From Candidatus Berkelbacteria bacterium (lineage in GTDB: Bacteria; Patescibacteriota; UBA1384; DTJR01), in the NCBI GenBank assembly GCA_029865605.1, contig JAOUGE010000002.1, positions 24,555-88,554 on the forward strand: DNA of 64,000 nucleotides. Direction: 5' to 3'. The notes under the pieces are model-generated. The model made no database searches and was not told the DNA's origin. It saw nothing but the letters and a program-made list of their open reading frames with translations. The position numbers and the translations under genes are program-made. Positions within the stretch are counted from its first letter, which is position 1. Each line of letters opens with the position of its first letter. Positions 19,544 to 28,423 of this stretch are shown here, in pieces.

Positions 19544-20224
19544 TTATTTGAACCTTACCTGGATTGTAACGGTGTTTTTGTCTTCTCCGGTTGCGGCGTC
19601 GGTCTCGTATACCTCAATTGTTCCGGTGTCCGTGGTTGGCGAAGAGAAAGTTAGTGAAGCAGAGTATTTGCCCGGAAGACCGACGTCTGATGCTTCGGTA
19701 GTGATTGTGACGTTACCCAGGATTTGGCCGTTTGAATCTTTGATGCGGGCGTAAATGGTGTTCTCGAAAGCGATTGCAGATCCTGTGATGACAACCGGGC
19801 TGGTGACAAGTTGTTTGGCTACAGGCCTTGTTACGACAATCGGTTGCTCTTCTGTGGCGGTGGGTTGAGTTGAGGCAGTAGGACTAACTGTGGCTGTTCT
19901 TGTAATAGAAGGCGAAGCGACTGCACTGGCCGTGCTAGTTGAGGTTGCTTCGCTCTCCTCGCTGGTTTGGGTGGTTTGCCAGTAGAAGTATCCTGCTGCT
20001 GCAACGGCCAACACCAAAGCGACTACGATAAGGACTATTAGTGTTTTCGACCCGCCTCTCGGCGAGGCAGGTCCGCCTGCTGGTGGGGCAGTCCCGCCTG
20101 ACTGCTTAGACTCGTCGGGCCCGCCCGCCCGCTTTGACTCGTCGGGGCTGGCCGGTGGGGCGGGGCTTTTTGCGTCTTGGGGCGCCGCTTGCTCTGGCGG
20201 CACCGGTTGATTTTCGTCTGCCAT
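19544..20224 (-). CDS. Pro/Ala/Ser-Thr-rich single-pass membrane protein, unknown function
   Basis: ATG with an AAGGAGG Shine-Dalgarno. N-terminal PDESK repeats, one TM segment, an S/T-rich linker and a small C-terminal beta domain. Ends 10 nt before the kef-like gene, suggesting an operon. Confidence 0.4.
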   Translation of the reverse strand: MADENQPVPPEQAAPQDAKSPAPPASPDESKRAGGPDESKQSGGTAPPAGGPASPRGGSKTLIVLIVVALVLAVAAAGYFYWQTTQTSEESEATSTSTASAVASPSITRTATVSPTASTQPTATEEQPIVVTRPVAKQLVTSPVVITGSAIAFENTIYARIKDSNGQILGNVTITTEASDVGLPGKYSASLTFSSPTTDTGTIEVYETDAATGEDKNTVTIQVRFK

Positions 20225-20372
20225 TTTTCCTCCTTGTTTTAACCATTATACCAAAGAAAGATAGATTTTTACCCTTTCTTTCTGAATTGTTCTTGGCGCT
20301 GTTTTAGAGAATGTGGCTTGCTGGCTGAACGGGAAAAGGAGTATTATAAATATAAAACTAGACAGAAGGGGG

Positions 20373-20897
20373 AAGATGGAAGAGAATAGAGTGCCGGGGA
20401 GCGCGCCGAAAGGTCTCGTGGGGTATAAAATAGCTGTTATTGTGCTTGCAGTTGCGGTTTTGGCTGTTTCGGGTGTGCTGGTATTTGTTTATTTGAATAG
20501 AAGTTCTGATTCAGGAGCGGGGACGACAGCAACTAAAACGCCGACTGCCGAGGCGTCATCGGCTGCGGCTTCTGGGCAGAGTGCGACTGTATCGGTTGGA
20601 TCAAGCGCGTCTAGTCGGTCAACAGCTACGGTTGAATCAAGCGGGGAAGGTACAGTTGGAGCTGCCTCTTGCACGACATATGAGTATAATCTCGACGAAT
20701 CGCTATGTCCAAGCCAGCCCCCGGAAAGAGTTTGTGGTGTAATTAGATATGTCTATGATAATGGTCAAGAGGCAACCCTGTCGAGCACTTTTACGAATGT
20801 ATGCGAATATTGTTCCCAGTTTGACGCAAGTGGATTTTTAGAACTTCGTGGCACAAAAATGTACTCCAAGGGATACACAATGGGCCAATGCCAGTAG
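20373..20897 (+). CDS. membrane-anchored secreted protein with a Cys-containing C-terminal domain
   Basis: ATG at 20373 (MEENRVPG) after a GAAGGGGGAAG Shine-Dalgarno. One TM segment, an S/T-rich linker and six Cys in the last 80 aa. Confidence 0.4.
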   Translation, partial: KMEENRVPGSAPKGLVGYKIAVIVLAVAVLAVSGVLVFVYLNRSSDSGAGTTATKTPTAEASSAAASGQSATVSVGSSASSRSTATVESSGEGTVGAASCTTYEYNLDESLCPSQPPERVCGVIRYVYDNGQEATLSSTFTNVCEYCSQFDASGFLELRGTKMYSKGYTMGQCQ

Positions 20898-20949
20898 CAG
20901 AAACCATATTCTCTTTATGCCGTGAAAGATGAAGATGGTCATAAGGTTT

Positions 20950-21540
20950 TTAACTGTATTTGTGTTTGTAAAAGCAATCGAGTAATTCTTGGGGATACTG
21001 GGAGATCATCTCTGGGGTAAATCCGGGATCGCGACGAAATAATTTGGCGTTTATTGAGCATGATTGAATAAATGGGAACAAGGTACATAGTTCAATCGTG
21101 AATAGCAGACTGTTCATTAATATCTCCGAACCGATTTTGAATCTTTCTATCGGGCTGAGGGTTTTTTTGAGGCAACCAGATAATGTTTCGAGGTGTTTCC
21201 TATCGATTTCATTTTTATAATTATGCGCAAAGCCATTGCGTATTTTGTTTAATGCGTTGAGCTTTTCGTATAATTCCCAGCCGTGGGGAAAATAATCGAG
21301 GTCTGACAATAACTTAATTTTTTCTGAAAATCTCTGGTCCTCGATTCTTTTCGGATGGGGTATTACCAATAAAATAATTCTGTTTATCAAAATCTCGACA
21401 AAAAGGTGGGATTTTAGGATTACTGACAGATCGTCGCCGGTATTATTTATATAAGCCTTGAACTCACGCAGTTCTTTTACGTAATTGGTTTCAATTTTAT
21501 ATATTCTGTCGAGAATATTGTCTTCAGATATTTTTTTCAT
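20950..21540 (-). CDS. HEPN-domain protein (Rx4H motif), possible abortive-infection or toxin RNase
   Basis: ...LNKIRNGFAHNYK..., with R-x4-H in the position typical of HEPN. Alpha-helical and 196 aa. Confidence 0.45.
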   Translation of the reverse strand: MKKISEDNILDRIYKIETNYVKELREFKAYINNTGDDLSVILKSHLFVEILINRIILLVIPHPKRIEDQRFSEKIKLLSDLDYFPHGWELYEKLNALNKIRNGFAHNYKNEIDRKHLETLSGCLKKTLSPIERFKIGSEILMNSLLFTIELCTLFPFIQSCSINAKLFRRDPGFTPEMISQYPQELLDCFYKHKYS

Positions 21541-21647
21541 AAAGTTTAATCAAGAAATTTTAGTATATTTTTTCCCATCCGAAAAAATAAATTGCTCGTC
21601 GGTCAAAGTTAGGACGGGATATTTTGTGGATTTTTTGCATGGCCCAG

Positions 21648-22031
21648 TCATATGATCCTTCTTTTTAACATGATTCTCTTGATCAAACCAAGTTCTTTTT
21701 TGTTGAGTTGTTTCATCGAAAATACTTTATGACCAAGGATGGAATAGAGTATTGCCCCTTGGGGAATCGGTTTTTGGGGATACTTTATGTCTTTGTCTTT
21801 TTTGACCCTGCCAATTGCTTGAAAATTTTTAATTCTATAGTTATCGCAACTAAGCTTACCAATGGTACTACTACTCTGCCTATATACTCTAAGCGTAAAA
21901 TCGTTTATATTTCCACCTAGAACAATGTACTCGATTTTCTCTTTAAGAATTGGGCTTTTAGAAATATAGCTCGGCACGATCGGGTTTGAAGACGTCGCGG
22001 ATATCCCAAAAATTACTGTTTCCCTTCTCAT
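21648..22031 (-). CDS. hypothetical protein (127 aa)
   Basis: ORF only. Same strand as the HEPN and ParB-like genes. Confidence 0.25.
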   Translation of the reverse strand: MRRETVIFGISATSSNPIVPSYISKSPILKEKIEYIVLGGNINDFTLRVYRQSSSTIGKLSCDNYRIKNFQAIGRVKKDKDIKYPQKPIPQGAILYSILGHKVFSMKQLNKKELGLIKRIMLKRRII

Positions 22032-22101
22032 TGTTTTATCCTAAAAAAAATTTCTTGAAATCGCCTCAAGTATAAACCTGTTAGTTCAAAAATTCAACCA
22101 G

Positions 22102-22599
22102 TCATATTTTTTCCGTTTGAGCCCTATAATTTTTCCACATTTTTGTGGTTATTTGTGGAATATAATCTCTCGAAATTTTTCGGACTTTAACCGTTTTATG
22201 CCTGAGCTGGTGTGCGCGAGCGAGGCGGTGGTATCCGTCTAGCAATGTCCACTTACCTTTGTTCCGCATTATATCAATTGGATATTGCATATCTGATTCA
22301 ATGATTTTTTTGAAATGCGACGGTTCTTTTTCTGGGTTTTTTAGCGTTTGCGCAGGAGTTAAATTCCAATCGTCCGTGCCCTCTTGCTCCCAAACTGGAA
22401 TTTCTAGATGCCAAACTAGCTCGTCAATGGGCATATCTTCCGCTTCGATCGGTAATTCCCAGACTTTTTTGTCGTCCCAGTCAAACTCAAATCCAGTGTC
22501 TTTAATGATCTGCGGCCTCGGGTCTAAATCCGGTGTTTTTCGAACGCCAGCCCCCAATTCGTGAAAACCATCGTTGGTATTTTTCATTGCCTTCCTCAT
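22102..22599 (-). CDS. ParB/Srx-like nuclease-domain protein
   Basis: ...WTLLDGYHRLARAHQL... matches the xxDGxHRxxA core of the ParB N-terminal nuclease fold. Confidence 0.4.
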   Translation of the reverse strand: MRKAMKNTNDGFHELGAGVRKTPDLDPRPQIIKDTGFEFDWDDKKVWELPIEAEDMPIDELVWHLEIPVWEQEGTDDWNLTPAQTLKNPEKEPSHFKKIIESDMQYPIDIMRNKGKWTLLDGYHRLARAHQLRHKTVKVRKISRDYIPQITTKMWKNYRAQTEKI

Positions 22600-22698
22600 A
22601 TTTTTAGGATATTATTTTTCCTCTTTATTTCAAGGGTTCGGTTGATTTTTCTCGGTTTTAAAGGTAGAATTTGAACAGTTCTTTGAAAGTAATAAGAT

Positions 22699-22773
22699 TC
22701 CGGTGTAGCTCAATGGCAGAGCGGGTGCCTGTTAAGCACTAGGTTGCTGGTTCGAGTCCAGCCACCGGAGCCA
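22699..22773 (+). tRNA. tRNA-Asn (anticodon GUU), CCA encoded
   Basis: Acceptor TCCGGTG/CACCGGA, D-arm GCTCAATGGCAGAGC, anticodon loop CTGTTAA, T-arm GCTGGTTCGAGTCCAGC, then GCCA. Confidence 0.8.
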
Positions 22774-22775
22774 AT

Positions 22776-23030
22776 TTGAATGATGAGTCTCGCTCTTTAG
22801 CAAAAATATGGTATGATGCTCTTGTGAACACGAAAGATAATCAGGCTAAATTTATCGAAGACTACAATTTACTTTTTAATGTTCCCAATAATAAAGCCAG
22901 CAAAGCTACTTGTGAGCAATATAGGAACGAACATACAAACGAGTTCAGAAATTCGGGGTGGTCTATAGATAAACATCGAAAAAAGTTTATGGACTGGATG
23001 TCCGGACAAGTTTACGAAGCGCATAAATAA
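22776..23030 (+). CDS. hypothetical small protein (84 aa; TTG start abutting the tRNA)
   Basis: ORF only. The start is uncertain. Confidence 0.2.
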   Translation: MNDESRSLAKIWYDALVNTKDNQAKFIEDYNLLFNVPNNKASKATCEQYRNEHTNEFRNSGWSIDKHRKKFMDWMSGQVYEAHK

Positions 23031-23041
23031 AAAACCGAGAT

Positions 23042-23069
23042 TTGCATGTAGCAATAAAAGTATTATAAT
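23042..23069 (+). promoter_or_regulatory. sigma70-like promoter TTGCAT-16-TATAAT
   Basis: TTGCAT at 23042-47 and TATAAT at 23064-69, followed by the AGGAGGGG Shine-Dalgarno and the ATG at 23108. Confidence 0.5.
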
Positions 23070-23107
23070 TGAGATAAAGGCTAGACTTGCTGATTTTTAG
23101 GAGGGGA

Positions 23108-25000
23108 ATGAGCCCGAAAAAAGCGCTTTGGCGCAAGGTTTCAAAACTCGTTTTAGTTTTATTTTTGATCTCCCAAGCCGTTCTTTTTGGTTTTAAAGGT
23201 GCTGATAGAGCCGAAGCGGCAAATATGTGGTTTGTGAAAGAGGGCGGGGCTGGGGACTGCTCGAGCTGGGCCAATGCCTGCGGTAATATCTTAACGGCAA
23301 TTTCTACTGCGGCAGAAGGCGATACGATTGCTGTTAAAGCCGGTTCGTATTCAGTTGTAGCTCCGATTATAGTCGATAAGCCCCTTAGTATTATCGGCTA
23401 TAAATCAGACGAGATAACCCCGGCATTTGATCTATATGAGACCGGCGAAGTGGATGGGCCTGATCTGACTGTCGGGGGCGACATAGGCACGGTGTTTTTG
23501 TTTGATGCTAACGAGATCCATCTTTCTGGCTTTCATATTGATACTACCTTCCCCGCGGCACAGGTTAGCGCTATCTGGCTAAATGGCGAGGTCAAATACC
23601 CAGTTATTGAATATAACCGCTTTGATTTTGAGGAGGCCGATTCGGCGATATATGTCGGTCCGCTTGCGAAGTTAGTCGCCCCGGCAGGCATTAATTTCAA
23701 CGTCTTTAATGGACCGGTGAATGCCAATGCTTTCTGGTTTCAGGTCGACACTGGCGGGTCGATTGATTTTGATTTGGGCTTTGGACTGCCTAATGAATTT
23801 GGCTATAGTTTTTTTGACCTTTCCTTTTATCATAACAGCATAAATCAATCCGGGGCGCTTTTTCAATTAGCTAACGGGATTGTAGGTAACGGTATCAAAC
23901 ACATCATATTTCTCTATAACACTTTTAGCAATTCCCAAGGATTCGTAATTTTTGATGAGATTGGAGATGCTGCTACCACAGCTAAACTCGATGACATATA
24001 TTTTATGTATAATACTTTTAATAATTCTCCAACACTTGATAATCAGTACGCGATTTTGCTCGGTGACGGCTTGGACAATGATGATGTCGCCGATGGCTGG
24101 GACGAAGATTTTATAATCCTTTTTAACAAGTTTAATCAGGCGAGGGACGATACCTATCCGACGGTTGGATTTACAAATGCGGGTTTAACCAATCCTACGG
24201 GGAGTATTCTCGCTTGGGCTAACTGGTGGGGGAGCGCTGATGGGCCAACTAATTTCACGACTGGCAGCGCCGCAAACGCGACGGTATCGGACCATATTAA
24301 TTTTAATCCATGGGCTACCGCCTCTAATTTGTCGGGGCTTTTTATTGATGCGTCTACTTTTGCAGATGTTGAATTGGGCCAGAGTTCATTTTTGCCTTCC
24401 CAGTTTACCGCTTATCTTAAACAGGGAAGTTTTATTGTTCCTCTACCCTCATATATTTCCGACCCCGAAACAATGTTTGATGAGGAGAAAATGCTTGGCG
24501 GGGAAGATGATTATAACTACGATATCACCAAGCCGCCGTATCTTGATGTGTATCGCAAAGTCGTCTTTGAGATTCCCAATAACGGGGGCAATATAGTTAT
24601 CACTATTCCTGATGACACTAGAATTTCTCCGGCCACTGGTAATGAAATTGATATCTCAAAGCTCCTGGCGCAAGCGAAGCTGACTTCTGCTCTGACTGGT
24701 CTCCCAAGCGGCTCTGAGGTCTTTGGCGCTGCCGAACTTGGTATCCCCAATCTGGGTCTTAATTTTAGCAAATCAGTTGAGATTAAAATCTATGTCGGCA
24801 CGAGTTTAAACGGCAGGACTTTAAGCGTTCGCCGTTCAATATCCGGCACAGGGGATTGGACGACTGAAGGCATAGAAGTATCGGATTGCACTATCAACGA
24901 GGGATATTGCACTTTCCAGACTACGAAAGCTTCCAATTTTGCTGTCGCTAATATTCCTTCATCTCAAATCTTGCCGGAAACTGGAGCGGGAGCGGAATAG
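23108..25000 (+). CDS. large secreted surface protein ending in LPETG
   Basis: N-terminal signal/TM (LVLVLFLISQAVLFGF). The protein ends ...SSQILPETGAGAE*. Confidence 0.7.
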   Translation: MSPKKALWRKVSKLVLVLFLISQAVLFGFKGADRAEAANMWFVKEGGAGDCSSWANACGNILTAISTAAEGDTIAVKAGSYSVVAPIIVDKPLSIIGYKSDEITPAFDLYETGEVDGPDLTVGGDIGTVFLFDANEIHLSGFHIDTTFPAAQVSAIWLNGEVKYPVIEYNRFDFEEADSAIYVGPLAKLVAPAGINFNVFNGPVNANAFWFQVDTGGSIDFDLGFGLPNEFGYSFFDLSFYHNSINQSGALFQLANGIVGNGIKHIIFLYNTFSNSQGFVIFDEIGDAATTAKLDDIYFMYNTFNNSPTLDNQYAILLGDGLDNDDVADGWDEDFIILFNKFNQARDDTYPTVGFTNAGLTNPTGSILAWANWWGSADGPTNFTTGSAANATVSDHINFNPWATASNLSGLFIDASTFADVELGQSSFLPSQFTAYLKQGSFIVPLPSYISDPETMFDEEKMLGGEDDYNYDITKPPYLDVYRKVVFEIPNNGGNIVITIPDDTRISPATGNEIDISKLLAQAKLTSALTGLPSGSEVFGAAELGIPNLGLNFSKSVEIKIYVGTSLNGRTLSVRRSISGTGDWTTEGIEVSDCTINEGYCTFQTTKASNFAVANIPSSQILPETGAGAE

Positions 25001-25092
25001 ATTAAAAAGTAGAACGGGACTTCATTCCTGGGATGGTTTTTTGGTAAAATAAAGACAAATAAATGCTAGCTAATAAGCAAATAGGAGGGAGA

Positions 25093-25674
25093 ATGCCAGA
25101 GCAGACACAAACTGCGCCTGCGACGCCTGCGGCGCCAAGCACGCCAAGTGCCCCGAATGCGCCCAAGAAGGGCAAAAGTGCTACGACCATAATTATTATC
25201 GTGGTTGTGGTGTTAGCGGTGTTAGGAATCGGAGGATATCTCATCAGCCGTTACCTAGCCGAAAAAACGGCCGAAGGGCTTATTGGTGGGTTAACTGGCG
25301 GCGAAGTTGATGTAAGCGCCAGCAAGGTAACTTACTCGGGCGAGGGCGGTTCTCTTGAGTTCTCAGAGGGTGCCAAATGGCCAACTGATCTGCCAAGCGA
25401 TGTTCCTGAATTTACTTATGGAACAGTTAAAGCGACTGCCAAAACAACGAGTGACGGCAAGGGAAACTGGAGTATAACTTTGGAGAATGTCCAGAGCGGT
25501 GCTTACGACAAGTATGTGAGCGATCTCAAAGCGGCTGGCTGGGAGGAAGCAACTACCTCAACCGCGGAGGGCGTTAACTACATTGATATGTCGAAGGGAA
25601 GCTACGATTTGATCTTCACTTATGAGGAGAACGAAAAAACCGCTTCGCTTCTAGTTTCGTCGAAAAGTGAGTAA
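25093..25674 (+). CDS. single-pass membrane protein with an extracellular domain
   Basis: ATG at 25093 after an AGGAGGGAGA Shine-Dalgarno. Pro/Ala-rich N-terminus and a TM segment (TTIIIIVVVVLAVLGIGGYLI). Confidence 0.4.
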   Translation: MPEQTQTAPATPAAPSTPSAPNAPKKGKSATTIIIIVVVVLAVLGIGGYLISRYLAEKTAEGLIGGLTGGEVDVSASKVTYSGEGGSLEFSEGAKWPTDLPSDVPEFTYGTVKATAKTTSDGKGNWSITLENVQSGAYDKYVSDLKAAGWEEATTSTAEGVNYIDMSKGSYDLIFTYEENEKTASLLVSSKSE

Positions 25675-25700
25675 CTCTCAGGCCGACTAGTTCCGCCTCT

Positions 25701-26258
25701 TTATTTTAGGGCGTTTTCAATTCCGTCAACGATCTCTTTTTGAACTCGTAGAACTCGGTCGTAAGGCGGTATGCTTGTTTCGTACCAAGCCCAGTTGATA
25801 GTTGAAACAAAAGAGGCATCGCCGGTAGCCTCGGCTTTTTGTTTACCGGTTTCAAATTCTGCGTCGGTCCAACCGGTGTAACCGCCGTGAGTCTCAATGA
25901 CAGAGTTTAGGAACTTATAGAATTCATTATAAGCTTGGGCTTTCTTTATTTTTGATTTATAGGAGTTAACCTGTCCCTCGAGATTACTCTTTTCTTTTTC
26001 CAAAGCAGAAACCCTGTTTTTTAATGACTGGAGTTCGGTGCTGGTTGCGGCGGGCGAGGGACTTACCGAGGCACTGCTTAGCTGTTCAAGGAGCGATTTA
26101 TTTTGGTTGGCCAGGTTATCCTTTTCGCCTCGGCTTTTGTAGTATAGATAGCCCAGCACCCCGCTGCCGATAACAAGAATACCCAGCACAACAATTAACG
26201 TAACCAAAGTCCCTTTCTTGCCCTTCGGCTTGATTGGGTCAGGTGTTTGTGGATCCAT
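25701..26258 (-). CDS. membrane-anchored coiled-coil protein
   Basis: ATG at 26258 after AAAGGAGGG. One TM segment and a heptad-like region (LQSLKNRVSALEKEKSNLEGQVNSYKSKIKK). Confidence 0.4.
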   Translation of the reverse strand: MDPQTPDPIKPKGKKGTLVTLIVVLGILVIGSGVLGYLYYKSRGEKDNLANQNKSLLEQLSSASVSPSPAATSTELQSLKNRVSALEKEKSNLEGQVNSYKSKIKKAQAYNEFYKFLNSVIETHGGYTGWTDAEFETGKQKAEATGDASFVSTINWAWYETSIPPYDRVLRVQKEIVDGIENALK

Positions 26259-26367
26259 CTTCCCTCCTTTATTTATTTTAATAATATCACAAAACAAACT
26301 AATCCGAAGGGGGTTGTGTTCAAAAATAGGGGTTGGTTTGCTAAGATTGGTTTGTGGGAGGTAGGAA

Positions 26368-26934
26368 ATGAAAGATGAAATTGTTGGAAAGTGGAGAAAT
26401 TGGCACTATAAAAATACCCTCTTTCTTGCTTTGGGCCTGCTTAGTTTTTTTCTGCTCTTGCGCTCGCCAGCAGTGGTCAGCCTGCTTAAATCGGCAGGCA
26501 ATTTTGGTTATTTAGGTAGTTTTATCTCGGGCGTCTTTTTTGTTTCTATTTTTACCGTTGCCCCGGCGACTGCAGTTCTTTTTGAATTGGCGGAAAATTT
26601 CAACCCGGTTTTGGTTGCTCTTTTTGCTGGTCTTGGCGCGGTTTTAGGTGATTATTTTATTTTTAGGTTTTTGAAGGATAGGGTCTTTCAGGAACTGTCA
26701 GAGCTCTTTAGAGGAGTAAAGAGAGGTTTTATTGGTGGGGTATTTAGGACACCCTATTTCTCTTGGCTAATCCCGCTTCTAGGTGCTTTGATCATTGCCC
26801 TGCCTTTACCTGACGAGATGGGCGTTGCTGTGATGGGGTTATCAAAAGTGAAAACATGGCAATTTGTAGCAATAACCTTTTTGTTGAACTCAATAGGAAT
26901 ACTTCTTGTTGTGACTCTTGCTAGATCTTTTTAA
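26368..26934 (+). CDS. integral membrane protein (about 5 TM helices)
   Basis: Hydrophobic ORF after a GGGAGGTAGGAA Shine-Dalgarno. Confidence 0.4.
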   Translation: MKDEIVGKWRNWHYKNTLFLALGLLSFFLLLRSPAVVSLLKSAGNFGYLGSFISGVFFVSIFTVAPATAVLFELAENFNPVLVALFAGLGAVLGDYFIFRFLKDRVFQELSELFRGVKRGFIGGVFRTPYFSWLIPLLGALIIALPLPDEMGVAVMGLSKVKTWQFVAITFLLNSIGILLVVTLARSF

Positions 26935-26947
26935 ACCGATTTTATTC

Positions 26948-27292
26948 TTACTCGATTCCTAACTGACCGTCTGAAAGCTGGTCTTCGGAATAATCATCAT
27001 TTGAGATTGTGGCAATTGAGCTGTCGAGAGCATTTATCTCGGATTCAATTTCGGTTGAAATCGAAATTGCCCCTGGGGAAGTAACAGTCGAAGTAGAGGT
27101 TGGGCTTATTGAGACCGGTGAACTTGCCTCTTCCGACACGGGAGCATACTTTAGGGCCAGAAAGAGACCGATAACGGCTAGAACAAGGACTGCGACCAGA
27201 ACAACCAATAACGGTGTATGCTGGGGCTTTTCGGTCTTAATTTCCGGCTTTACTTCGGTTTTTGGTTCCTCAGTTGGTTTTTGCTCTTCCAT
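26948..27292 (-). CDS. small acidic membrane-anchored protein
   Basis: N-terminal Glu/Lys-rich region, a TM segment and an S/T-rich tail. Confidence 0.35.
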   Translation of the reverse strand: MEEQKPTEEPKTEVKPEIKTEKPQHTPLLVVLVAVLVLAVIGLFLALKYAPVSEEASSPVSISPTSTSTVTSPGAISISTEIESEINALDSSIATISNDDYSEDQLSDGQLGIE

Positions 27293-27300
27293 ATTCCTCC

Positions 27301-27864
27301 TTATTCGCCGGAACTTGGCGACGCGGTTTTAGTTGAATTGGAAACTGCCCCCGGATTTTGCTGCTTTAGGGCCTTGAGATCCTCTTTGATGGTTGTTCCA
27401 ATGAAGGCTCTGATTTCAGCTGCTTCTTGGTGGGCAAACTTCAGCTGGTTTTTAACTTCAGCTAGTTTATCTTTAAAATCCTCGGGTTTGCTGCAGGGAT
27501 AACCCTTCATTTCTCTTAGGGCATTCATGTATCGGTTGTGAGCCTCGGAGAATTCAGTAATCATGCCGTCAAGCTTTGCCAAATCTGCCTCTAGCTTTGT
27601 TGTGTCATAACCTTTGCTTTTAATTCTTGAGGCAAATTTGGTCAGCCTTTCCTTCATATTGCGGTATACGTTCATGTGGGCGTTTTGAATCGTTTCGAAG
27701 GCAGAAAGCCTAGATTCGATCTTACCCTCAACATTTGCGCAGTTTGCTCTAACCCTTTCGGTGTATTCGTTCTGATTCTGGTTATTTTGGGGGGCGGCTA
27801 TGGCGAAGCCAGTTAGGGCATAAACCCCCAAGGCTGCTAAGACACCAATCAAAATTCTTTTCAT
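27301..27864 (-). CDS. secreted alpha-helical protein (signal peptide)
   Basis: MKRILIGVLAALGVYALTGFAIAAP signal. Confidence 0.4.
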   Translation of the reverse strand: MKRILIGVLAALGVYALTGFAIAAPQNNQNQNEYTERVRANCANVEGKIESRLSAFETIQNAHMNVYRNMKERLTKFASRIKSKGYDTTKLEADLAKLDGMITEFSEAHNRYMNALREMKGYPCSKPEDFKDKLAEVKNQLKFAHQEAAEIRAFIGTTIKEDLKALKQQNPGAVSNSTKTASPSSGE

Positions 27865-27910
27865 AGACTCCTTTCGTTATCCCTGGTTTTTTGTAGCAAA
27901 TCTTGAGCTA

Positions 27911-28333
27911 CTATTCTTTTTTGGGCTCGGTTTTTTCTTGGGTTTGAGCGGGGGCTTCTGTTTCAGCAGGGGCGCTGGCTTTCTTGGTCCCAATGCCTTT
28001 TTTAACGACGCCGAAGTAGTAGATTAAATCCATTAGCCAGATGAAACCGAGGAAGAACGACAGGATCATCAGGATAAGATAAGTCCCTCTTTGGGGAAAG
28101 TCTCGGTTGACAAGGTCAACCATGAGTACAATCCACCAGATGAGAAATGCCAGTCCAATAATGCCTGCGATTATCCAGAAGATAATAAACCCGCCAGCCA
28201 GAACTCCAAGCCCTAAACCAGCAGCTTCTGCCGCGCCCTCAAGTTGCCCCCAATCAATAGATATTGTTGCTTCGGGCGCTGCGTCAACAGCTCCCTCGAG
28301 TGCACCTTCGGCTTGCGCTAATAACATTAACAT
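27911..28333 (-). CDS. small membrane protein (2-3 TM helices)
   Basis: Hydrophobic core and a C-terminal E/K/T-rich tail. Confidence 0.4.
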   Translation of the reverse strand: MLMLLAQAEGALEGAVDAAPEATISIDWGQLEGAAEAAGLGLGVLAGGFIIFWIIAGIIGLAFLIWWIVLMVDLVNRDFPQRGTYLILMILSFFLGFIWLMDLIYYFGVVKKGIGTKKASAPAETEAPAQTQEKTEPKKE

Positions 28334-28423
28334 TTATCCCTCCCTTATTTTTACTTATCTTTATTTTAATTGAGCTTAGCTCTGGCGTCAACTTTATTTG
28401 TCTGCTAAACTACTTTAGGCAAA

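Noticed and set aside
21648-22031. 127-aa ORF beside the HEPN protein, considered as a minimal nucleotidyltransferase (MNT) antitoxin partner.
   Set aside because: There is no GS...DxD nucleotidyltransferase motif, and it is separated from the HEPN gene by 108 nt rather than overlapping. A partner relationship is unsupported.
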